DNA from: an uncultured bacterium
Lineage (GTDB): Bacteria > UBP14 > UBA6098
Reading direction: 5' to 3'
Assembly (NCBI GenBank): GCA_964459995.1
Contig: CAYWOR010000009.1
Location: 36,891 to 100,890, forward strand
DNA: 64,000 nt
The translations under genes and the position numbers were made by a program. Under the pieces are notes generated by a model, which had not been told where the DNA came from, did not search any database, and saw only the letters and a list, made by a program, of their open reading frames with translations. Positions 48,696-57,116 of the stretch are shown piece by piece. The first letter of the stretch is position 1, and each line of letters starts with the position of its first letter.

Positions 48696-50677
48696 AATAG
48701 AAGCCCGCTTTTCGCTCTGTCGCTCTTTGTTTTAAGCCTTTCGGCGCGATTTCTGTCAACGAGAACTGTCAAGCCGAACTCCTTCTCGAATAGGTCCTTT
48801 TTGTTCAAAACCGATTTCCGCTCGGCTTTTGCGGAATTGACAGAATTCAAATCCAATATAATCGAGTTCAGCTCTCGCGACAAACGCAATTTCAAAACAA
48901 TCTGTTTATCGGAGGAATCGAGCGCATCTGCGACGCGAAGTATTCCGGCGAGTTTTCTTACCGCGAACTGCTCTTCGGCGCGAAGTTTCCATTGACGCGG
49001 ATTATCGAGCGACTTTTCCGAACCGTTATGATATAATGCACAGATTGCTATTATTCGCTTTTCTCGGTCGGAAAGGCGTGAGAATTTATTATCCATAATG
49101 ATTCGATAGCTGTGCATTTCGTGTTCGTCGCCCATTGACCGGCCAACATCGTGAAGAAGCGATGAATACTCGAGAAGCCGCCTTGCATTATCATTTAAAC
49201 CGTGGATATCCACAGTGGCGTCGAATATCTGAACCGCGAATCCTCGAACTTTTTGGGCATGCTCGAAATAGCCGTTATGCGCATGATAAAGTTCGAGCAC
49301 CTCGCGAAGTTCCTTATCGATAGCTTTCGTCTTCGGATCGATCCCGATTGTGCCGGCGACGATATCGATAATCGGCGCATAAAGCTCGGAGGGGTCTTCG
49401 TTTTCAGCGACAATAGGTATTCCGTCGGCTTCTGCAAACGGTTTATAAAGATTCGACATCTTTAAATCGGTGTTATCTGGGCAGTCGATAAACACCGCGG
49501 CATCCGGCCTGTAAGCAAAGCCTTTCAGATTTTCGACCAACCAATCTCTGTCAAAGTTTGATGACAGACAATCCGCAAATGCCGAATAGAAGGAGTCTTT
49601 GAGGATTACAATTTCGCCGCGTTCCAGAGCGGGGATTACCTCGGTATCCATAAGATATGCCATCTCGCTTAGAGAGAGCATTACTTTCTTAATCGGTGTA
49701 ATCGCGCCTTTTTCTTTGGCCGGAATGATAATCTCGGAGGTTATCCAGCTTTCTCCGGCACCGGTTTTTGCCACCCCGATGTTTCTTATCTGAAGCCAGT
49801 CATAAAGTGCGTTGACCTGATGTGTGATAGCTTCTTTATTGCATCCCTCGATTGTTATGAGTTTGCCGGGCAAGTTGTGCGGGGGGAGTTCGCTGATTAA
49901 TCCGGAAATCTGGTGTTTTTTAAGATCGTCATGGTAAAGGGTTCTATCCTCTATTTGCGATCGAATGTGAAGGGGTTTTTCATCTGGAGATTTGTCGAGC
50001 TTTTCGAGAAAAGGCTCGATTTTTTCGATTATTGAAGCGAAAATCTCGTCCACATTACAATTCATACAGATAGGACTTAATTCTCCGCTTATGACCAAAC
50101 TCTGATATACCTTATCGACCCTTCCCTGAAATTCTCTGAAGGATTCCGCCGGATCGCTTTCACCGGAAACATCCATTCCGCATTCGTAGTATTTCGGCAC
50201 ATTGCCGTTTTTCTTCATAGAGCGACTTAGGGCAATATCAATCGGAAGATCGCACAAGAATGCAATGTCCGGTTCGATAGCCAGAGAATATATCCTTTTG
50301 ACCCATTCGATATCGACTCCACGGGCTTCATCGCGGGCGAGGGCAGTGTAGGAATACCTGTCTGCGATGACGATTTTTCCCTCGTTCAGCAAAGGTATGA
50401 TAAGGTTCTCATGCCTATTGAGAAAATCGGCGGCATGAAGCGCGCTGAAACATGAAGGAGTAAGAAGGTGAGCCTTTTTTGCACGTTTAGTAGCTCGGCT
50501 GATGTATCTACTGGAATTCCAAGTTGTAACCTCAACCGAATATCCCTTTTCTTCGAGATAATTTGCAAGCCGTTTAACCTGCGTGCTTTTCCCCGCGCCG
50601 TCCAAGCCCTCGAAAACTATTAAAAGTCCCGGACGGTTTGCTATTTTCTCATCAGCATGTATCGTTGGATTTGTCAT
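48692..50677 (-). CDS. fusion protein: thymidylate-kinase-like domain (intact P-loop) + second thymidylate-kinase-like domain (degenerate P-loop) + C-terminal HD-domain resembling the Ppx/GppA C-terminal domain
   Basis: 661 aa. Domain 1 has LLIVFEGLDGAGKSTQ and a DRY motif; domain 2 has ITIEGCNKEAITHQ with GKS lost; C-terminal LLHDVGRSMGDEHEMHSYRI...ALYHNG is an HD-type hydrolase motif. Confidence 0.6.
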   Translation of the reverse strand: MTNPTIHADEKIANRPGLLIVFEGLDGAGKSTQVKRLANYLEEKGYSVEVTTWNSSRYISRATKRAKKAHLLTPSCFSALHAADFLNRHENLIIPLLNEGKIVIADRYSYTALARDEARGVDIEWVKRIYSLAIEPDIAFLCDLPIDIALSRSMKKNGNVPKYYECGMDVSGESDPAESFREFQGRVDKVYQSLVISGELSPICMNCNVDEIFASIIEKIEPFLEKLDKSPDEKPLHIRSQIEDRTLYHDDLKKHQISGLISELPPHNLPGKLITIEGCNKEAITHQVNALYDWLQIRNIGVAKTGAGESWITSEIIIPAKEKGAITPIKKVMLSLSEMAYLMDTEVIPALERGEIVILKDSFYSAFADCLSSNFDRDWLVENLKGFAYRPDAAVFIDCPDNTDLKMSNLYKPFAEADGIPIVAENEDPSELYAPIIDIVAGTIGIDPKTKAIDKELREVLELYHAHNGYFEHAQKVRGFAVQIFDATVDIHGLNDNARRLLEYSSLLHDVGRSMGDEHEMHSYRIIMDNKFSRLSDREKRIIAICALYHNGSEKSLDNPRQWKLRAEEQFAVRKLAGILRVADALDSSDKQIVLKLRLSRELNSIILDLNSVNSAKAERKSVLNKKDLFEKEFGLTVLVDRNRAERLKTKSDRAKSGLLL

Positions 50678-50695
50678 ATTAATTTTTCTGAGATG

Positions 50696-52762
50696 TTATT
50701 TCAAATAGATAATTTTTTTCACAACTTCACTATTCTCTGAAACTACTCGAACATAGAAGACGCCGGAGCTTGTTTTTTCATTGGGGTTCCAAACAATCTG
50801 CCTGCGGTTATTGCCGGGAGAATCTTCGCATATGTCCATTACAGCCGAATTGTTCAAATTAAGATGATCTATTTGCCTACCTGAGATGTCGAAGATTTCG
50901 ATGCTCTCGATTCGCATTTCTGTGCCCTCGATTTCGATACGACAAGACGAGTTGAAGGGATTTGGGTAGGTTAACAGAGTTAAACCTGTCGGAACCGACA
51001 GGCCATTTGAATATATTGCCGACCATGAATTTTCCGCACCGGGTGTGGCTTCGAGGCAAATCTGCCATGTTGCGCTTCCATTGGGATATCTGCCCCAGCT
51101 TTCATCACGTTCCAAACCCATCCACGAAACGCTGTCGGATAATTGTGCGCCGATAAAATCCGAACCGAAAATAGCCAATTCCTCCTCATCCTTATTGAGT
51201 TTGAAAGTTGCATGAAGAGGTCCCTGTCCGGGGTCGTCATCTGCCCAAACCACCAGATAACCGCCTGCTGGGATCACCGTTCCGGACGGAAAACTCCACT
51301 TTCGCGGGTTTGATAAATTGTCGGTGGCAAACCAATAAGAGATGTCGATAGTTGTATCGGCTGGATTGTAAACCTCGAACCAGTCGTCGAATTGATCGGC
51401 TTCATCTGCTATTGTAGAGCCGTTAGAAGCCATAAGCTCGTTTATTAAAACAACACCGGAGACATCGAGCCTTTCGCAACCTCCGACAACACCTGCGATA
51501 TATGCATATCTGTCCATGATAAAATCCCTGAGGCCCGGGATTGTTCCCATTCCGCCTCCGCCACCGCCCCCGCCCCCGCTGGAGTAATCATAATCGAGAT
51601 TTGTCTCGAAAGCCGCATTGGAGAACTGTTTGTTAACATCGTCATAAACATAAGGTCGAACGAGATCGGCAAGTTCAGTTACTCTCGCGTTGAAAGTTAC
51701 TGTATCGAGAGTTGTCTCCATCAGCTCTCGAATAGCACAATTTACAAGCCCCCAAAAAGGCTCCCAGTTTTCGAAACATCTTTTAGCCAGAGGACGTCCG
51801 CTACTTCCGGGGGGAAAGCCTCCACCGGTGCTATACCAATCGATACGCATCTCACGCATACCAGTAGCCGAAAGACCTGAATTATATCCCCCAAAGGCCA
51901 TATTGAGGTCATAAACGATATAGCGGGCTATGTTGTTTGAATCGAAATAGAGGAAATAGTTACTTCCCGCGCCGGGGTAGCTGTTCAGATTGACAATGAA
52001 AGTATTTGCGGCCCACATACGAGCGAATGTAATCGCATCGAACCGGTCGAGCAGTTCGGACGAAAAGGTAGTATTATCTGTATTATTTAGAAAATTGATG
52101 AAGTTAAGCAGGTCGCTCCAATCCTCGTCCAGATTAGTCTCCTTTTCATAACCTCCATAGGAGGCTGGATCCCAGCCTTGCCACGTCAGAGGAGCGTTTT
52201 CGTCGCAATTATACAACCCCCCGCTTTTTTCACTGAAAAAGAGTGTCAACGCGTCTTTGTTCACTGGAGTAACAACATTATAAAATCCCCAGTAAATATC
52301 GTTGTAATACACGACACAGAAAGCGGAGCGAGAACATGGAACGTTCAGTCCCTGAAATATCTCGCAGGAAAGGTGTTCCCGAAGAAAGGTCGGGTCGTTA
52401 TAGCAGTTAGAGAAAGTAAGCCGTTGGTTCCCTCTATAGCTCCTTTTATCGATATATTCGTCGATTTTCAGATGAAATGGTTTCTTGTTGCCCGGATGGT
52501 TGAAGGAACTGAATCCCTTCAATCGAATACCGACGCTGTCCAATGTATCGACGGCATCGAAAACGACCTTGCACATTATGTATTCTTCGGTGGTATGTGT
52601 GGCGTAAAGCTCTGTCCAATAGCTGGGATTATCGAAGTAAACATGAACGGTATGGACGGTATCGCCAAAATAATCCCCGAATACAGATGAAATAAATAGA
52701 AGGGAAAATAAGGCGACTAAGAATGAATATATTTTTCCGGCTTTCAACATTTGAAGCTCCAA
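50696..52762 (-). CDS. CotH-kinase-family protein with lamin-tail domain and T9SS C-terminal sorting domain (paralogue A)
   Basis: 688 aa; signal peptide; CotH blocks (NDPTFLREHL...VYYNDIYWGFY, NYFLYFD...YIVYDLNMAFG); a GGGGGGGGG linker; LTD (LINELMASNG...WFEVYNP...YWFATD); CTD (YPNPFNSSCRIEIEG...VFYVRVV...KKIIYLK). Confidence 0.75.
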   Translation of the reverse strand: MELQMLKAGKIYSFLVALFSLLFISSVFGDYFGDTVHTVHVYFDNPSYWTELYATHTTEEYIMCKVVFDAVDTLDSVGIRLKGFSSFNHPGNKKPFHLKIDEYIDKRSYRGNQRLTFSNCYNDPTFLREHLSCEIFQGLNVPCSRSAFCVVYYNDIYWGFYNVVTPVNKDALTLFFSEKSGGLYNCDENAPLTWQGWDPASYGGYEKETNLDEDWSDLLNFINFLNNTDNTTFSSELLDRFDAITFARMWAANTFIVNLNSYPGAGSNYFLYFDSNNIARYIVYDLNMAFGGYNSGLSATGMREMRIDWYSTGGGFPPGSSGRPLAKRCFENWEPFWGLVNCAIRELMETTLDTVTFNARVTELADLVRPYVYDDVNKQFSNAAFETNLDYDYSSGGGGGGGGGMGTIPGLRDFIMDRYAYIAGVVGGCERLDVSGVVLINELMASNGSTIADEADQFDDWFEVYNPADTTIDISYWFATDNLSNPRKWSFPSGTVIPAGGYLVVWADDDPGQGPLHATFKLNKDEEELAIFGSDFIGAQLSDSVSWMGLERDESWGRYPNGSATWQICLEATPGAENSWSAIYSNGLSVPTGLTLLTYPNPFNSSCRIEIEGTEMRIESIEIFDISGRQIDHLNLNNSAVMDICEDSPGNNRRQIVWNPNEKTSSGVFYVRVVSENSEVVKKIIYLK

Positions 52763-55700
52763 TTGTTGTATAACGCAATTATTTCAAATAGGTTATCTTG
52801 ATTATTTCGGAGTTTTCACTCGATTTGATTTTAACCAGATATATTCCCGAACTGAGCGTTTCGTCCGGTCTCCAGCTGACAGAATGGCGATTTGAACCCC
52901 CACTCTTGTTATCGTCCGCGCAAAATTCTCCTAATAATAACCCGTCAATTTTTTTGCCGGTAATATCGAATATTTCAACACTCCCATCCCTTAACCCACC
53001 ATTCTCGATTTCAATTCGCACCGAGGAATTGAAAGGATTCGGATAGGCGGAGAGACGTAACTCGCCGGGAAGAGGCGAATTTTCTTGAACAACGAAGCTC
53101 CAGGCATTCACGGCACCGGGTGTGGCTTCAAGACAAATTTGCCATGTTGCGCTTCCATTTGGATAACGTCCCCAACTGCTGTCTCGGGGCATATCTGCCC
53201 ATGAAACCGAGTCGCAAAGTGTATTGCCATAGAAATCCGGCCCGAATAGCGCGACCTCCTCGCGGTCGGCATCGAGTTTGAAACTTGCATGAAGCGGCCC
53301 CTGCTCGGCGTCGTTGTCAGCCCAGATAAGTAGATAACTATCAGGGGCGATAATCGTTCCATTAGGGAGAGTCCATTTACGCGGTTCGGTTATGTCATCA
53401 GTCGCGAACCAGAAAGACAAATCCACCGCCGTATCCGCCGGATTGTAAAGCTCGAACCAGTCGTCGAATTCCCCCTCCTCGTCGGAAATGGTCGTCCCGT
53501 TCGATGCCATGACCTCATTAATTAACACAGCACCTGCGACATCGACGGCATCGCAGGGCATGAGAACGGAAGAGATGTATAATCCTCTATCGTAGATGAA
53601 GTCCCTAAGCCCGGGAATAAGGCCTCCACCGGGGGGAGGGCCTCCGCCGATATCGTCGTTGAGGTTAGTCTCGAAGTTGGCGTTGCTATACATCTTGTTC
53701 GGATCGGCGTAAACATAGGGGCGGACTAAATCCGCGAGTTCTGTTACTCTGTCCGAGAAAGTCGAGTATTCCAGTGTTGTCGATAAAAGTTCGTGCAAGG
53801 CGCAATGGACTAATCTTGTGAAAAGAGGGTAGTCGCTGAAAAGCCTTTGAGCCAGAGGCCTGTTCGATGAATGCCAGTCGATTGCGAGGTTGCGCATCGC
53901 TGTGCCGTTCATGCCCATAGCGAAAACGCCGAAAGCTTCGTTAATATCCCAAACGATATATCTTCCGATGCCGTCGGAATCGAAATATAGATAGTAATTA
54001 TGTCCCGAACCCTGATAGCTGTCGAGGTTCACTAAGAATGTGTTCGCCGCCCACATTCGAGCGAAACTGAACATGTCGAACCAATCGTGCATTCCCGCCC
54101 GAAAATCTACCGCAGATGTATTATTGATGAAATTACAGAACCCGACGAGGTCGCTCCAATCGTCGATATCCTCGTTTGTAGATTTCTCGTAACGGGTTCT
54201 ATATGGCCCATCCGTAGCGCCAAGCCACTCAAAGGTGCCGCTTGGGTCGCCTTTATAAAGATTAGCGTCGTTTTCTCCGAAAAAGCGGGTTAACGCGTCT
54301 TTATTGATAGGATCGACAACAGTGTAAAACCCCCAATAAGTATCGTTATAGTAAACAACAGCCCATGTCGCACGAGGACATGGCACACCGAGACCTCTGA
54401 ATATCTCGCTCGCAAGCTTCTCGCGAAGGAATGTCGGGTCTTTGAAACAGTTATTGAATGTCAAACGCTCGTTGCCGCGGTATTCTCTTCCGCCGATATA
54501 TTCGTCGATTTTGAGATGAAAGGGCTTTTTGTTCCCCGGATGTCCGAAAGAGCTGTTGCCTTTGAGGCGAATTCCCACGCTGTCCAATGTATCGACAGCA
54601 TCGAAAACGACCTTGCACATCATGTATTCTTCGGTGGTATGTGTGGCGTAAAGCTCTGTCCAATAGCTGGGATTATCGAAGTAAACATGAACGGTATGGA
54701 CGGTATCGCCAAAATAATCCCCGAATACAGATGAAATAAATAGAAGGGAAAATAAGGCGACTAAGAATGAATATATTTTTCCGGCTTTCAACATTTGAAG
54801 CTCCAATTGTTGTATAACGCAATTATTTCAAATAGGTTATCTTGATTATTTCGGAGTTTTCACTCGATTTGATTTTAACCAGATATATTCCCGAACTGAG
54901 CGTTTCGTCCGGTCTCCAGCTGACAGAATGGCGATTTGAACCCCCACTCTTGTTATCGTCCGCGCAAAATTCTCCTAATAATAACCCGTCAATTTTTTTG
55001 CCGGTAATATCGAATATTTCAACACTCCCATCCCTTAACCCACCATTCTCGATTTCAATTCGCACCGAGGAATTGAAAGGATTCGGATAGGCGGAGAGAC
55101 GTAACTCGCCGGGAAGAGGCGAATTTTCTTGAACAACGAAGCTCCAGGCATTCACGGCACCGGGTGTGGCTTCAAGACAAATTTGCCATGTTGCGCTTCC
55201 ATTTGGATAACGTCCCCAACTGCTGTCTCGGGGCATATCTGCCCATGAAACCGAGTCGCAAAGTGTATTGCCATAGAAATCCGGCCCGAATAGCGCGACC
55301 TCCTCGCGGTCGGCATCGAGTTTGAAACTTGCATGAAGCGGCCCCTGCTCGGCGTCGTTGTCAGCCCAGATAAGTAGATAACTATCAGGGGCGATAATCG
55401 TTCCATTAGGGAGAGTCCATTTACGCGGTTCGGTTATGTCATCAGTCGCGAACCAGAAAGACAAATCCACCGCCGTATCCGCCGGATTGTAAAGCTCGAA
55501 CCAGTCGTCGAATTCCCCCTCCTCGTCGGAAATGGTCGTCCCGTTCGATGCCATGACCTCATTAATTAACACAGCACCTGCGACATCGACGGCATCGCAG
55601 GGCATGAGAACGGAAGAGATGTATAATCCTCTATCGTAGATGAAGTCCCTAAGCCCGGGAATAAGGCCTCCACCGGGGGGAGGGCCTCCGCCGATATCGT

Positions 55701-56679
55701 CGTTGAGGTTAGTCTCGAAGTTGGCGTTGCTATACATCTTGTTCGGATCGGCGTAAACATAGGGGCGGACTAAATCCGCGAGTTCTGTTACTCTGTCCGA
55801 GAAAGTCGAGTATTCCAGTGTTGTCGATAAAAGTTCGTGCAAGGCGCAATGGACTAATCTTGTGAAAAGAGGGTAGTCGCTGAAAAGCCTTTGAGCCAGA
55901 GGCCTGTTCGATGAATGCCAGTCGATTGCGAGGTTGCGCATCGCTGTGCCGTTCATGCCCATAGCGAAAACGCCGAAAGCTTCGTTAATATCCCAAACGA
56001 TATATCTTCCGATGCCGTCGGAATCGAAATATAGATAGTAATTATGTCCCGAACCCTGATAGCTGTCGAGGTTCACTAAGAATGTGTTCGCCGCCCACAT
56101 TCGAGCGAAACTGAACATGTCGAACCAATCGTGCATTCCCGCCCGAAAATCTACCGCAGATGTATTATTGATGAAATTACAGAACCCGACGAGGTCGCTC
56201 CAATCGTCGATATCCTCGTTTGTAGATTTCTCGTAACGGGTTCTATATGGCCCATCCGTAGCGCCAAGCCACTCAAAGGTGCCGCTTGGGTCGCCTTTAT
56301 AAAGATTAGCGTCGTTTTCTCCGAAAAAGCGGGTTAACGCGTCTTTATTGATAGGATCGACAACAGTGTAAAACCCCCAATAAGTATCGTTATAGTAAAC
56401 AACAGCCCATGTCGCACGAGGACATGGCACACCGAGACCTCTGAATATCTCGCTCGCAAGCTTCTCGCGAAGGAATGTCGGGTCTTTGAAACAGTTATTG
56501 AATGTCAAACGCTCGTTGCCGCGGTATTCTCTTCCGCCGATATATTCGTCGATTTTGAGATGAAAGGGCTTTTTGTTCCCCGGATGTCCGAAAGAGCTGT
56601 TGCCTTTGAGGCGAATTCCCACGCTGTCCAATGTATCGACAGCATCGAAAACGACCTTGCACATCATGTATTCTTCGGT
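52531..56679. repeat. period-2044-bp direct tandem repeat (about 2.03 units; essentially identical except 2 mismatches near the 5' ends of A/B)
   Basis: The sequence at x and x+2044 is identical across 52779-54635 vs 54823-56679, and near-identical for 52531-52778 vs 54575-54822. Duplicated antisense ORFs sit at constant +2044 offsets in the ORF track. Confidence 0.85.
52779..54806 (-). CDS. CotH-kinase-family protein with LTD and T9SS CTD (paralogue B; chimeric: A-like 5' end, C-identical body)
   Basis: 675 aa; the first ~65 codons are near-identical to paralogue A; the remaining ~610 codons are identical to paralogue C. Confidence 0.75.
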   Translation of the reverse strand: MELQMLKAGKIYSFLVALFSLLFISSVFGDYFGDTVHTVHVYFDNPSYWTELYATHTTEEYMMCKVVFDAVDTLDSVGIRLKGNSSFGHPGNKKPFHLKIDEYIGGREYRGNERLTFNNCFKDPTFLREKLASEIFRGLGVPCPRATWAVVYYNDTYWGFYTVVDPINKDALTRFFGENDANLYKGDPSGTFEWLGATDGPYRTRYEKSTNEDIDDWSDLVGFCNFINNTSAVDFRAGMHDWFDMFSFARMWAANTFLVNLDSYQGSGHNYYLYFDSDGIGRYIVWDINEAFGVFAMGMNGTAMRNLAIDWHSSNRPLAQRLFSDYPLFTRLVHCALHELLSTTLEYSTFSDRVTELADLVRPYVYADPNKMYSNANFETNLNDDIGGGPPPGGGLIPGLRDFIYDRGLYISSVLMPCDAVDVAGAVLINEVMASNGTTISDEEGEFDDWFELYNPADTAVDLSFWFATDDITEPRKWTLPNGTIIAPDSYLLIWADNDAEQGPLHASFKLDADREEVALFGPDFYGNTLCDSVSWADMPRDSSWGRYPNGSATWQICLEATPGAVNAWSFVVQENSPLPGELRLSAYPNPFNSSVRIEIENGGLRDGSVEIFDITGKKIDGLLLGEFCADDNKSGGSNRHSVSWRPDETLSSGIYLVKIKSSENSEIIKITYLK

Positions 56680-56826
56680 TTCGTGGGTTTCATAAAGTTC
56701 TGTCCAGAAACCTGAGTCGTCGAAATAGACTCGCACGGTATGAACTGTATCGCTAAAATAGCTCGCTTGTGCTGTTAGAATTGTTGAAAATGCAAATAGG
56801 ATAGCGAATTTGAAGAGCTTTCTCAT
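54823..56826 (-). CDS. CotH-kinase-family protein with LTD and T9SS CTD (paralogue C)
   Basis: 667 aa; its own signal peptide (MRKLFKFAILFAFSTILTAQA); CotH blocks (KDPTFLREKL...VYYNDTYWGFY, HNYYLYFDSDGIGRYIVWDINEAFG); LTD; CTD ending IIKITYLK. Confidence 0.75.
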   Translation of the reverse strand: MRKLFKFAILFAFSTILTAQASYFSDTVHTVRVYFDDSGFWTELYETHETEEYMMCKVVFDAVDTLDSVGIRLKGNSSFGHPGNKKPFHLKIDEYIGGREYRGNERLTFNNCFKDPTFLREKLASEIFRGLGVPCPRATWAVVYYNDTYWGFYTVVDPINKDALTRFFGENDANLYKGDPSGTFEWLGATDGPYRTRYEKSTNEDIDDWSDLVGFCNFINNTSAVDFRAGMHDWFDMFSFARMWAANTFLVNLDSYQGSGHNYYLYFDSDGIGRYIVWDINEAFGVFAMGMNGTAMRNLAIDWHSSNRPLAQRLFSDYPLFTRLVHCALHELLSTTLEYSTFSDRVTELADLVRPYVYADPNKMYSNANFETNLNDDIGGGPPPGGGLIPGLRDFIYDRGLYISSVLMPCDAVDVAGAVLINEVMASNGTTISDEEGEFDDWFELYNPADTAVDLSFWFATDDITEPRKWTLPNGTIIAPDSYLLIWADNDAEQGPLHASFKLDADREEVALFGPDFYGNTLCDSVSWADMPRDSSWGRYPNGSATWQICLEATPGAVNAWSFVVQENSPLPGELRLSAYPNPFNSSVRIEIENGGLRDGSVEIFDITGKKIDGLLLGEFCADDNKSGGSNRHSVSWRPDETLSSGIYLVKIKSSENSEIIKITYLK

Positions 56827-57116
56827 AGCTGTATCCTTTTCAAAGTCTCATTGTTTCAATGTGATAAAGCCTCGGCGGCTCTATCAATATTAGGACTTCT
56901 TTTTTCAATTTAAGTTTAGTCATCTTTTTTAAAAACTCATATTTTTTTAACAATATGTTAACAAAATTGAATAGTCAAATGACAACATTTATCGAATTGC
57001 GTTTCTTCACGATGTCTAAGTCTATTTCCCGCTTGATTATCCCGCCTATATCGATATAATATTGTCAAGTTGCGTCGGTTTGGCCGATGCAGTGAAATAG
57101 ATGGATTGGAGACGAT

